Shown: piece after piece, positions 1 through 12,829 of the stretch
How positions within the stretch are numbered: the first letter of the stretch is position 1
Layout of the letters: every line of letters starts with the position of its first letter
Assembly (NCBI RefSeq): GCF_001194135.2
Contig: NC_068982.1
Span: forward strand, 1,892,481 to 1,956,480
Origin: Octopus bimaculoides
Lineage: Eukaryota
Length of the DNA: 64,000 nt
Direction: 5' to 3'
Program-made: the position numbers and the translations under genes
The notes under the pieces: model-generated
Told to the model about the DNA's origin: nothing
Seen by the model: only the letters and a program-made list of their open reading frames with translations
Databases searched by the model: none

Positions 1-9
1 CAGGTAAGT
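1..9 (+). other. possible 5' splice donor (CAG|GTAAGT) at the window edge
   Basis: Perfect consensus donor at 1-9; any exon would lie upstream of the window, so it cannot be verified. Confidence 0.3.
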
Positions 10-639
10 TTAGTTGAATCTGTTTACCCCGAAGGAAAACGACACGATAAATGGTGAGGAAAAAAACACGCGGTTTTACTGCCTCTGTTTTTTAAACCCC
101 GATTTGTTCATTGCATGATAATAATAATAATGAACCCCCTGTACGACCACCACCCAAGAGAAAACTAGCCAGATAAACTGTAAAACGTATCTTGTTTCTC
201 GAAAAAGTAAGTACTTACATTCATGCGTGTGTGTGTGTGTGTTCGTAACTATATCTTCTAGAATTATATAGTTAGGAAATGCGTAGAAAATATAATTTAT
301 AGGGTATAAATACTGAAATCTGCTTTGCATTTTCTAAAAATCATATCTACTAAATGTGTTTTAATATGTATGAATGTGTATATGTGCATGTATATATATA
401 TATATATATATATATANNNNNNNNNNNNNNNNNNNNNNNNNNNNNNNNNNNNNNNNNNNNNNNNNNNNNNNNNNNNNNNNNNNTATATTATATATGCATA
501 CATTACATGCATACTTATATAAACACACATCTATATATATATATATATATATATATTTACATACATGTATATTGTACACTTTCCTGTGTACAAACACTTT
601 GTTGGCTATGACTCAATTATTGTGGAATTATGCAATAAT

Positions 640-850
640 TCCACGATAATTGTAGAATCACTGCGGAACTTTCATGTAAACTACAGGTCAACAAGAAAAC
701 GGCGTTCAGATAAATTATGATTTCCGCATCAAAATAGCAAAAGTTATCCGATAGAGGGAGATGACATTTGTTTGTATAGTTCCAGCATGTGACATTGAAT
801 TCAATAAGAAATGATGAATTGGAAGCTGATAGGAACACATTCGATCCGAT
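640..850 (+). mobile_element. highly degraded mariner transposase fragment (HTH/linker region)
   Basis: Broken translation TAELSCKLQVNKKT...PACD..NKK loosely resembles mariner TRELAEKL..KTV...SACDSLLKRN; stops and frameshifts present. Confidence 0.3.
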
Positions 851-859
851 TGGCAAACG

Positions 860-1158
860 TTTGTGTAAGTGGCACTTCGTCGGTCACGACGATGAGTGTT
901 CCATTTGAAATGATCAATGGAAAAACCTGCCCGTGGAATTAACATACAAGTGGCTGAGCACTCCAGACACGTGTGCTCTTAACATAGTTCGCATGGAGTT
1001 TCAGTGTGACAAAGTTGGGGGTCTTTAAATTCCACGTACAACACATTGTCAGCTGAGTGAACTGCAGCGACGAGAAATAGTGCCTTGCTCGAGGACACAA
1101 CGTTCCTCCGAGATTCGAACTCGTTACTAGACGTATACCTTAAACACTAAATCACACG
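860..1158 (-). mobile_element. tRNA-derived SINE, family C (degenerate)
   Basis: Shares caagtggctgagcactcc...cagctgagtg...cttgctc.aggacacaac...gaactc...taa.cactaa with the copy at 39278-39572; tRNA-like head at the right end. Confidence 0.75.
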
Positions 1159-1429
1159 CCTTCATTTTGGTACCTTTGAATTTGTATCCAGTTGCTCTAC
1201 TTGCTAAGTGGTGGTGGGGGTGGGCGACAAAAAGAAAACGCGTAATTTATGATGAGGATGAAAATATAGGGAAATCCCTCACGAAGAACAGTCATTATCT
1301 GCTAAAAATTACAAAAAAAGGCAATTCTGTTGAAGGAATCTAACCACAAGTACCCTTGATGGGAAGTATACTGCACATCCTTATATACATACATACATAC
1401 ATATATATATATATTTGCAGTAAAAATTG

Positions 1430-1660
1430 TTTGCCAACATAACATAGCAGTCCTGGTCTAGGACGAATGTTGCTGTAATTTAGACCAAGGAGACATCGTC
1501 TCCAGCTAGCGATACGACACCATCTGTGTCCTTATATTTTCAAACAAGGGAATCTAGCACCCCCACTTAGCTCAAAACAATATCTGTGTATCGCAATTTC
1601 TGAGTTATTTCCCTTCATCAGCACAATAATTGTTCAGCTAGAGATGGCGCTGCTAAATAC
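1430..1660 (-). mobile_element. short non-autonomous PLE-type element carrying a hammerhead motif
   Basis: Collinear similarity to 31690-31900 (gacac...tgtccttat...aggg...agcacc.c.c.t.agc, then HHR); partial inverted match 1497-1507 vs 1636-1646. Confidence 0.55.
1585..1624 (-). ncRNA. minimal type I hammerhead ribozyme motif
   Basis: Minus strand reads TGTG-CTGATGA-A-GGG-AAATAA-CTC-A-GAA-ATTGCGAT-A-CACA: intact core, 4-bp stem I, 3-bp stem II, near-palindromic stem III, AUA cleavage triplet. Confidence 0.6.
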
Positions 1661-1800
1661 CCGTTCGAAATATATAGTTTTCAAAGTGACAACTAATCAC
1701 TGATTTATAAATGAGAAAATTACTATTTTTTAAACCTCACGTTGTGTGATTTAAAAATAGTAATTTTCTTATATGTATGAATGTGTGTATGCATATGCTC

Positions 1801-1851
<51 letters not shown>

Positions 1852-1852
<1 letters not shown>

Positions 1853-2221
1853 GGCACAGGCGTGACTGTGGTAAGAAGCTTGTTTCTCTTCCACATGGAT
1901 CCGGATTGAGTCACACCTTGGGTTTGTCGCTTCTATAATCTCAGGCCCACCAAAGGTGCGTGAGTGGATTTGGTAGATAGAAACTGAAAGAAGCCCATAG
2001 TATATATACATAGACGCACACACACACACACACACACATATATATCATTGTGTGTGTGTGTCTTTGTGTCTATGTTTGCCCCTCTCCTTCCCACCGCTTG
2101 ACAACCGTTATCAGTTTGTTTACGTCCATAAAAAACTGGCTGAAATCGATTCATTCGATAAAAGTCTCTGAAGGTGGTGTGCCATATGGCACCAGTGTAG
2201 TGGCAAAAACAAGTAAGAGAA
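1852..2221 (+). mobile_element. tRNA-derived SINE, family A (CORE-like, internal microsatellite)
   Basis: ggc.caggcgtgactgtggtaagaagcttg head, gtggatttggtaga.agaaactgaaagaagccc, internal (CA)/(TG)n, ttgacaaccg, aaacaagtaa tail; homologous to 48563-48958. Confidence 0.8.
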
Positions 2222-2274
2222 TTGATATATATATTTCCGAATCTAGACAGTGAATAATAATAATAATAATCCTT

Positions 2275-2470
2275 TCTACTATGGGCAGAAAGTCTGCAAT
2301 GTCAGGAGAGGTGGTAAGTCGATTACATGGAAACCAGTATTCAACTGTTACTTATTTTATAGACCCTCCCCATGAAAGGTAAAGTAGACCACGGCAGAGT
2401 TTGAACTTGTGAACGTAAAGATGAACGAAATGCCCGGTACAGTAACGACTCGGCCAGATCGCCGACCTTA
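2275..2470 (-). mobile_element. SINE family B (degenerate) next to (AAT)n
   Basis: Reverse complement matches the ggcggcgagctggc...gtcgactttgcctttcatc...aataagta...gtcgact consensus of 15589-15804. Confidence 0.7.
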
Positions 2471-3189
2471 GCAACAACACCAATAATAATTACTATAATC
2501 GTTCCACTTTTAGGGAATTCCTGTTAATCATAAAATTTCACCGAAATATACGTTAATAAAATGGAAGAAATCGACCTACATAGAAGAGTTACGACGTACA
2601 AATTCTTACTGGATACGTTTTAGGGAATGTGTTCTTGGATTTTGTCTTACTCAACACATCATAATCTCCCTAGTTTTGACTCTATTCACCATTTAAAACT
2701 CCCTATAAATTTGAGTTTCTCTCTTCCATTACACCCTGCAAAACAATTTCATAGCAGGTTTTTGAGAGACTCCGACTGGTGCTACAACCCAACATCCGTA
2801 GGAAGTCTGTAGAAACTTCTTTCCATTACGGAAAGAATTTAATTATATATTGTAAATATCTATATTATACTTTATGATTGGGGATCTGCATCTATCTGCA
2901 TCTTCAACATGATTATAATGATTATAAATTGTTTGAATTGGTTTTTAAATTTTGCAATTTCGTACCTTAACTTTCATAATATACTCCCTTTGTCTCTCTA
3001 AACTGTTTTTGTCTTTCTGAAGAGGGATTAACATCCGATATGTAACTGCTTGTCCGCTTTCTCTCTACCTGGAAAAAAAATCACTTAATATTCCAAAAAT
3101 ATGCTGTGTATAAAAAACATCCCCTCAACAGGTCCATCAAAGAAAAGTGTGTTGAAAGCAATTTATGTACTCCCCCATCCACCTATATG

Positions 3190-3373
3190 ACTATGTGTGT
3201 GTATATATATGTATGTGTATATATATGTATGTGTGTATATATATATGTGTGTATATATGTGTGTATATATGTGTGTGTATATATACATATATATGTGTGT
3301 GTGTATATATATATGTATATATACATATGTATATCTATATGTATATATGTGTGTGTGTGTATATATATGTATA

Positions 3374-3404
<31 letters not shown>

Positions 3405-3535
3405 GTGTGTGTATATATGTGTGTATATATGTGTGTATATATGTGTGTGTATATATGTATGTGTGTGTATTCTCCCATATATATATATATGTATGTATAT
3501 ATATATGTATGTATATATATATATGTATATATAAT
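3190..3535. repeat. compound (TA)n/(TG)n microsatellite
   Basis: Directly visible; source of several spurious CVYIY ORFs. Confidence 0.95.
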
Positions 3536-3774
3536 GGGAAAGAATATAAGCTGTATTGATCTTAGTTGTCTGTGATATCGCAACAATGAGATATTGGTTT
3601 CGTCTCATTTAAGCCTCATCGTTTACTTTTAATTTATTGCTACAAATTGCTTCGTTCTGTCCATCGAACATCATTTATTGCGTTGCCATAATTGGAAATC
3701 CTTTTTGGTACATAGTAATATTTCAATTCGTGCAGCTGTGAAGTCTTATTTTGAATGTAGCAGAACATATGCGA

Positions 3775-3935
3775 AGGCGTCATTACAAGGTTAGAAATTT
3801 GCTTCCCAACCACACGGTTCTGGGTTCAATCCCATTGCATGAGAACTTCGGCAGGTGTCTTCTACAGTAGCCTTGGGTCAACCAAGAACGCCCTGTAATT
3901 GAATTTGGTAAATGGAAAGTAAAAGAAGCCTGTCG

Positions 3936-4002
<67 letters not shown>

Positions 4003-4235
4003 CAGCCTTCTTTCGTATATATGTGTTTGCGTGTCTTTGTATCTGGCTTTGTCTTCGCCACGACATGACAACCAGTGTTGTTTTGCTTACGTCACTGTAA
4101 CTTAGAAGTACGGCAAAAGAGGCTGATAAAATAAATACCAGGCTTTAAAAATTTACTGGGGTCGATACCTTCGTCTAAACTCTTTAAAGCAGTACCCCAG
4201 TATGGCCGTAGGCTAATGATTGAAACAAGTAAAAA
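3775..4235 (+). mobile_element. SINE family A, near full length, older copy
   Basis: ttgcttcccaaccacacggttctgggttcaatccc head, aggtgtcttctacagtagcc, internal (CA)(TA)n, ctggggtcgat...cagtatggccg...gaaacaagtaaaa tail. Confidence 0.85.
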
Positions 4236-4362
4236 TAGCGCTACAATGAATGCATGTTAATATAAGAGGTTCTCCTATATCAAGTTCTCAACATTTTAAA
4301 TGTATTATTTACAATAAAAATGCTTAATGTTCCTCGCTGCTATCGACGGAGTAATGAGGGTG

Positions 4363-4457
4363 ATGAGAGATATATATAAAGCTGAAACGTAAAGTACATA
4401 TTATGAGAGATATATATATAAAGCTGAAACGTAAAGTACATATTATGAGAGATATAT
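4363..4457 (+). repeat. 40/42-bp tandem repeat, ~2.3 units
   Basis: Unit atgagaga(ta)n aaagctgaaacgtaaagtacatatt at 4363-4402 and 4403-4444, partial at 4445-4457. Confidence 0.9.
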
Positions 4458-4771
4458 CATGACTGCAATATTTGAATGATTGAATTTCGTATTTGTAACA
4501 CGAGACAAAAAGAAGTAGCTTTAGACTCCGCATTTTAAAGCGTGTAAAGTCTTAGATATGTATCTTTTGTGATCAATACTCCGCGATACGTTTAGTTGCA
4601 TGTAACTGCTTGATTGACACGAAGTAGGATTTTTAAAATTAATCCTTTTTAAATATGATCCACTGTATAATTATTTTTATTTCTGGTGTCTAATAATTAC
4701 AACAGATTTAGTTGCAAAATACATTTGGAATACACACACACACACACATACACATATACATATTCAGGCAT

Positions 4772-4853
4772 TGCCTGAAGACTGCGATAAGGTACCTGGC
4801 GTATTAAAAAATACTGTCTGAGATGCTTTCATCGCATGAAACTAATAGTAGCA
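4772..4853 (+). ncRNA. type I hammerhead ribozyme motif with extended stem II
   Basis: TGC-CTGAAGA-C-TGCGAT...ATCGCA-T-GAA-ACT-AAT-AGT-A-GCA: intact core, GUA triplet, 3-bp stem III, apical hairpin GTATT-AAAA-AATAC. Confidence 0.65.
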
Positions 4854-5458
4854 CATAAAAAAAACCAGATACTGTGTTTATTAAATAATATTTGTCACCA
4901 AATAGAGTACTTTTTGTTGATCTTACCATCACGAATAGTACACTATATACATATATATATTATAAAAAGTTCGTAAAGAAAGGACAATTTATATATCGTC
5001 AAAATCTGTTTATTACAATCCTATTGTCATTACTTTGCAATATGACGGCTGTTTCTGCTAGAGAAGTGTCCCAGTGTCCTTTGATTTAGCATTTATTTGC
5101 ATTTAATTGATTCATTTGCATTACATATGTATCGAAGATAGACATAGCCATGCAGCTTTGTTAAAGGTTTTTTACAAATGCAGGTGGGTGAGTGAAGCGA
5201 ATGTCCATATTCCTTTACTTGGTGTGTGTGTGTGAGTGCGTGTATATATANNNNNNNNNNNNNNNNNNNNNNNNNNNNNNNNNNNNNNNNNNNNNNNNNN
5301 NNNNNNNNNNNNNNNNNNNNNNNNNNNNNNNNNNNNNNNNNNNNNNNNNNNNNNNNNNNNNNNNNNNNNNNNNNNNNNNNNNNNNNNNNNNNNNNNNNNN
5401 NNNNNNNNNNNNNNNNNNNNNNNNNNNNNNNNNNNNNNNNNNNNNNNNNNNNNNNNNN

Positions 5459-5759
5459 AGGAGTGGATGTGTGGTAAGTAGCTTGCTTACCAACCACATG
5501 GTTCCGGGTTCATATAACCTCAGGCCGACCAAAGCCTTGTGAGTGGATTTGGTAGACGGACTGAAAGAAGCCCGCCGTATATATATGTGTATGTGTGCGT
5601 ATATGTTTGTGGGTCTGTGTTTGTCCTTCAACATCGCTTGACAACCGGTGGTGGTGTGTTTACGTCCCCGTAATCTAGAAAGAATAAGTCCTGGGGTCGA
5701 TTTGTTCGACTAAAGGCGGTGCTTCAGCATGGCCGCAGTCAAATGACTGAAACAAATAG

Positions 5760-5760
<1 letters not shown>
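5459..5760 (+). mobile_element. SINE family A with internal deletions
   Basis: gagtgg.tgtgtggtaagtagcttgcttaccaaccacatggttccgggttca...ctggggtcgatttgttcgactaaaggcggtgct.cagcatggccgcagtcaaatgactgaaacaa. Confidence 0.9.
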
Positions 5761-5816
<56 letters not shown>

Positions 5817-6077
5817 GAGATGTAATACAAACACACACAAACTGATACTGACAAGTAAAAGAGTATACGTTTGGCAGATCGTCAGTAAGGAGAGACACAA
5901 AAAAGAAAGAAGAAAGCAAAGGACTACTGATGAGGTCACAGAGGTGTGAGGATAGAAATCTGGCCGAAATACAATTCATATGAAATATAGGTGAAGCTCG
6001 CGAACACCGAATAAATAGTGCGTGTGTTTTCATTGGTTAATGAAAACATTAACCAATAACCATCCCTAAATACAACG

Positions 6078-6094
<17 letters not shown>

Positions 6095-6117
<23 letters not shown>

Positions 6118-6303
6118 ATTATCCCTCCACCATCGCATGACAACCGATGTTGGTGTGTTTACATCCCCCTAACCTGGTGGTTCGGCAAAAGAGCCCGATA
6201 AAATAAGTACTAGGCTTAAAAAGAATAACTCCTGGGGTCGATTTGTTCGACTAAAGGTGGTGATCCAGCATGGCCGCAGTGAAATGATTGAAACAAGTAA
6301 ACG
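6095..6303 (+). mobile_element. SINE family A, 3' half
   Basis: catcgcatgacaaccgatgttggtgtgtttac...aataagtactaggctt...ggggtcgatttgttcgactaaagg...gaaacaagtaa. Confidence 0.85.
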
Positions 6304-6689
6304 TATAATTGAATATACGTATGTATATGTGTAGGTGTGTATGTACTATCGTAGACACATTTTTGTCACCTTGGTAATCTACACATGGTGTATACATAAC
6401 GTAAACAAATACACCCCCCCCACACACACACAGAGTAAGAAATATCGATATTCACTTCACCCACGTGATTATAATGGCAATATCTACGAGGCAAGACCGA
6501 ATTTATTGGATAGGTACTCTTAGTAGTTCAGCAGATGCTATACAAATACCAAGACCAAACAAGACTCTGAATTATGTCCAAATCAATCAGGAAGTGTTCA
6601 ATGCAGGATAAAAGAGGAAAAGGATTAAATTTGATATTTCCCTATCAGCTTTGACGGAATAGTGTAATGATGGTTCATAGTCACTTAAT

Positions 6690-7070
6690 GCGTCACTTTG
6701 GGATCACTGTCAGCAATGATGCATCAAACGATGTTCATATTGCCAAGGTGATAAAAATGTGTAGGCGACACGTGGGATGTTGTCTAGAATCATTTAGAAC
6801 GGGATTCAAACCATGTTGGCCATGTGGAGTACAATCTTCTAGATTATCGTTATCTGTTTTGGTCATCACACCCAGTTACAATTCAGAAAGCGAAGCAGTC
6901 CAATTCAACGGAAATATTGGAATCATACACCAGATGAAGACTTACTGGGTAAATTTTTACTCTTTGAAAGAAGTAAAGGAAAATTATGAAAATATTCATA
7001 TATTTTTGGAGAATATTGGAAGGGGTAGAAAAATTTGACATCAAGAGTAATGCTAAAACCCGAAGAGAGG
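6690..7070 (+). mobile_element. degraded CR1-group LINE ORF2 fragment (post-RT region)
   Basis: FGITVSND...HIAKVIKMCRRHVGCCLESFRT and IYFWRILEG resemble LGVxxSxDL...WILRTFRTR and IYxWKILEG; related to 16525-17205. Confidence 0.7.
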
Positions 7071-8306
7071 GACTAAATGACACTCGGTCGGTTCCGGAAA
7101 TAATCGAGTTTACTAGTACAGAGACTTCACAGTTTTTGTTTTATTTATTTAATCAACTCACGCAGAATGAAGAGCAAAAACGTACCTGGCCAGGGTTTGA
7201 AGTTTAAATGTTAAGGCTACCATGTATATTTCGAAATTCTATTCATGACTGATTTGAAATAAGCTTATTCTTAAGGTACTTTGGTTTGAATGGAGTATTT
7301 TCCTTATCATATTAGAGGGGAAATAAAATTTAGAGCAAAGTGTGTGATGTTTTTGACGGAGTTAAGTATAGAAAAGGTAACGTTAGAATTATTGATTTTA
7401 TTATCTTTCAAATTCCACATGAAGTTTGAGAAAGCGGTAACGTTTTATTGTTGAAATGAACGGTGGGAACCGTTTTACATAACGACTTTTGAATTTGCCC
7501 TTGCACCAGCGACTGTTACTGTAGTTTTGTCGATTAGCAATTTAGCTTTTCTCATACGCACACGCAGGCACGCACGCAGGCACGCACGCGCGCGCACCCC
7601 GACACCCACATACAAAACGCATGCATAGATGCATTCGCATTTAGATGCACGAATTGGGGCAGGCATACATGTGTGACACTATCCTGCGGCACAGAAATCT
7701 TCGATATGAAATCCCGTATGACCTATACTTTGGTTGTGAAAGGAGTTTCTTTGATGGGAACAATGTCATTGTCCGTTGGTTATGCCTGTCTATATATTTG
7801 CTTGCATCTGTGTCTCTGATGAATGGGGGTCAAGTTGTGTCACCCTAAAAATAAAACAGTTACTTGTGATCCTTTACATTAAAAGTAGAATAAAAAACTA
7901 CGGTGTCAACATGGATGAATAAAGCTTTGCAGGCCCAAAATGAGAAATTTCGACCTACGATTGGAGCTAGTACAAAGATATTTGTAAAAAAACCCTGAAA
8001 TGAACAATAATTATTTGTACCGAAAACTATGTTCAATATTCTTCGTCGCTACATATAATACCGTTAGTATGAAGCGGGGGTGTAAATACAAATACTGAAT
8101 AAACATTAATTGAGGGGGAAAAGCCACGATGAAGTGTGTGGGTGGCAGATATAGATGTGTCCGATTGTGTGCGCGCGTGCGTGAACTTACGTGTGTTAAA
8201 AAATATCGAGTGCCGAAGAACACTATTATAGCAGCTGCGTACAAATGCTACGCTATGTACAGGTGGCAACATGTATATATATCTATAAATGGAGATATAA
8301 TATATA

Positions 8307-8372
<66 letters not shown>

Positions 8373-10335
8373 TGTGTGTATATGTATACGTATCTTTATA
8401 TTATATGTATGTATGTATGGATGTATCTATCTATCTATCTATATATATTATATAGTATATACATATATTCTTTTGTATATATATAATATTATGCACATGC
8501 TTGTGTGCTTCTTCTTATAAATGTGTGTGTGTGTGTTTGAGATTGCGTGTGTTTTCATTTACATATTCATAAACATTATGTACGTGGTGAGCATTTCAAA
8601 TCTCCTTTAGCCACCGACCGAACGTTCACAAGGTAGAAGTATTCAACTACTAATATTCATAGTTCCCATATCCAACAACACATTCACACACATATAACAC
8701 AAGCTAATACATACACCGTACATCAATCCCAAATATACACCAACATATCCAAATATTTAAATTCTTTGCTTGTCTGTAGGAAAATTGTAAATTACATTGC
8801 TTGTTTATTTAAGAGTTATTCACATTGTTGATATTGTTTTTTCATTCTCTCCATTAATATAGAAGATATCAACTTCACTTTGCAAATTCATTTGAAAGAT
8901 TAATCACTCATAAGAAGTGATTCAGTCAGTCCTTTGTTTTCTTCGTATTTTTTCATTCTTCTGCTTTATCTTTTCTTACGTTCTGATGACTGAATAGCTA
9001 ACGTAAGTGGCATTACATGTGCGGTGTATTTACCGAAAAAACTTTCGCAATCGCATGCTGACTACGAATGCAATCTATGATCGGGACATGCGCAGTAGAA
9101 GAGAGCGAGAGATACTGAAGTTGGAGAGAGAGAGAAAGAAAAAGAGAGAGAGAGAAACCGGGGGACCGAGATGGAATAAAAGAAAGCATATGAATTGAAA
9201 CGAGGCAAAGGTAAGGGATAGTTGTGAGAGCGAGAGAGAGAGAGAGAGAAATGGAGAGAAAGATAAATGAGATGGAGGAGGAGTCAAAGGAGGAAAAGAC
9301 CTGAAGCTTCTTCCTCCTACGTAAAATTAATTGTCGTCTGCATTCGCTTTCACAATTTTACTTTCACAGTTTTGGTCCGATTAATAGACTGCAATTAGAA
9401 ATGTGATTGATGTAAGACAGGGGTCATTAACACCGACTCCGGTTAACCCAACTAAAATACAGGTATATCCAAATGAAATTTATGGTAAGAAGAAATTTTC
9501 TCCTTCGGTTCTTCGTTGAATTTCGCTTCAAATTTTGTTCATGTTTTCCTTGTAATGTCCGGTTGTCTAATCTTTCTTTCATTTTAAACTCCAACATCCA
9601 CATTTCTCTAACATTCACTACTCTTCTTTCAATTTACAGAAATTAAAAAAAAGTTATATCTGTGAGTTCAAACTAATACATACACATATGTATGTGAACA
9701 GACACAAACCCGCACTAGAAGCAGGTTTATATATATATATATATATATAGAATACAGGTTTATGTATTTGTTTTGCAAAAAAAAAAAAAACCCCGATATA
9801 TATATGTTATATATACACATCCACACAGCATATATGCATGGATATATATATGTATATATATCTATTTATTTACCTAGCTATCTATCTATATATTTATATA
9901 CATGTATGTATATATATGTATATATATGTATATATATATATTTATATGTATATATATGTGTGTATCTATCTATTTATTTATCTATCTACCTATCTATATA
10001 TATGTATATATAAAATGTATAAATAATTATGTTTGTGTGTTTTAAAAGCATCGTGGTACATAACACTGAACTTCAAAAATACAGTCTTATTACATTGAAA
10101 ACCGCGATATATTTACTTTAACATTATTGTTATATTAAAACAATATTTTTTACACCAGTCATTTTTTTACCAACCAGTCTCTCTGAAAGATACGATCTGG
10201 AGTTATGGATAATTCATTACAACTATTATATGGCATCTATCAATCAATGTAGTTATTTGTCAATCTCTGAAATTTTTTCTCACTCAAAATTTCTAAATCT
10301 CTCTTTCTTTCTATATTTCCCTTCTCTCTCTCTCT

Positions 10336-10378
<43 letters not shown>

Positions 10379-11293
10379 ACCATACATACACACATATATA
10401 TATCTATATCCTATGTATTATACGCTCACGTGCACGTAATCATAAACATATTAATGGTATACATGTATATAACTCCATATATATATCAATATTAACATAT
10501 ATGTGTGTTTGTATACCGACTCACATACACAAATGTACACACGCACACATACATATAGAGACACATACACGCACATTGTAAAGCGTGTATGTCTTTATGT
10601 GTCGGGAAAAATCTTGACCTGAAAATGGTTGTTCTAAATGTTATGCTGAAAGTACACTAAAACGGATGTTATGGGCACCACGTATCCTATGCTTACCAGG
10701 CAAACCAGATCATTCTTAGTTGCAGTCTCTTGGTTGTATATAGCAGAACATCTCACACGTACAGACACACGCTTTCTTTCTAGTGCTGAAACACACATGC
10801 ACATCCGCGTACACAGGTACTTTCACACACATACACTTTATAAGCAGTCATGTCTTGTTTTCTTCACACACACACACACACAGTCATGCTGAACACGCAC
10901 ACATACATTTCTTTCAACAGGTGGGCATGTTTGTAAATATTACGCATCTAATTTTAACTATTGTATATTAATGTGGGTAAAATTGGATTAAAATTTCCAG
11001 AAATATTCCAAATTATTCGTCTTTACTTTTCGGTAGAGGCATAATGAGCCAGGGGTCAGAAAGGTACACTTGAATAGAGTCGTCTTCATGAAATGTATTC
11101 ATGTAGACCAAGTTACACGTAGTTCACACCAATCCGGACTGGATAGTTTAAATGACCCGGCTCTTCTCACACGGACACATCTCATTAGGTAGGTACAAAT
11201 CTTTGAAGTCCTGTGCTGTTGGGACCTACAAACAAGTTACGGTATTGCATATGTACGCATACAAACATGCCCAAATATATGTGCGTAAGTATG

Positions 11294-11339
<46 letters not shown>

Positions 11340-12829
11340 GAGGATCGCGCACGCACACACACCTGAAAATAAAGATAGTGAAGGATCAGCACATTAAATG
11401 TTACTAAATGACGATAAAATTATTTCATTGAAATCTAACTTGGAGCGATACTACAAATTAGTATGAGAGGCTATGGTGATTTTAAGTGATGTTATTAAAA
11501 TACTGGTGAAGAATAATATTCTGAGACGGATTCCTGTCAGAATTGATCTTTGAACACAAAGTAACTAAATTCACTAAATTAATTTGTTCGTTTTTATTTT
11601 CATTTGTTTCCATCTTTCCCGTGCCTCTCTTTCTCTGATAATTTCAAGAAGGTGGCGTAAGGCCGAAAACGTCGGGGTGGCATCCCTTTGATAACTACTG
11701 CGCTTTGATATTTTACTGTCGCCGCTTTATAACTGGTTAATAACAAAATAATAATAATAATAATAATAACAATACATGGCAGGTTGTGGTTTTATTTGTT
11801 TCAGTGATGGATTAGGTCAGCGTCTTGAAAAGGTTTGGCCGATACGTTTTAGTCGAACCCCGATAATCCAGCTTGAAACTTTCATGGGTGTATAACTTGT
11901 TCACTTTTTGATACAGCACCGGCTGGTTTTATGCCGGCAGCCTTGGGCCAGACACTTAAATATTAGCACGCACAATTCACACACACTCGCACTCACAATC
12001 ACATACACACACACACACNNNNNNNNNNTATATATATATATATATATGAGAGTGAGAGAATGTGTGTTATAGATATACAGACGCATATACATACAAACAT
12101 ACACATACGTGCACTTCTGAAATGTTCTGTCTATCAAGTTCAAAACACGAGGTTGTGCCTTGAGTTTGAACTTCCAACCCCATGATTGCAATACGAACTT
12201 TGATCTATTAGATAAGTACAAATACTATACTGGCGTCGATTAAAACTGGCTAAGCACTTTGCCCTTCTAATTAATTACCTTTCAGTTAATGTGAAATATC
12301 AATTATTTAATTCCAGAAAATTTCTAGAGCGAAAAATATATTCCATGTAGGACACAGCGTATGTTTTTTGTCAATGATTGGTAGCTCACCTTTACCGATT
12401 CCTATCATTCATATCACCACTATTACCATTGGTCCTCTTGATTTTGTATAGCCTCACTTCAACTTAAAGTGAACCTATGATTAAATCGCATGCCAACTGT
12501 GACTGTCCCGTCATCTTTTCAGATACAATGCGTATAAAAGCACATTCTACAATAGGCTTTTTAAAAGTCTTTAAGATTTTAAGGGAGATTTGGCTGTTAT
12601 TTCTAACAAGTCGATTAACGAGGTAGACTTTTACTTTTGCGTTAACGTTTAAACTTTAATTCCTACCTGGTTCGTGTTTGCTCTTTATTATGCATGAGTT
12701 GTTAACTAAAAAATTGTGAGGACCCTCTGCTAATAAACTTGACAATTACTTTCCTTATATTTGTAGAATTTAGCAATGTTAGAAATTAGTATATTATTAT
12801 TATTATTATGATTATTATTATTATTAGAT

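Noticed and set aside
3106-3608. YIYI/CVCV/HTHT-rich ORFs here and throughout the window
   Set aside because: Translations of (TA)n, (TG)n and (CA)n microsatellites.
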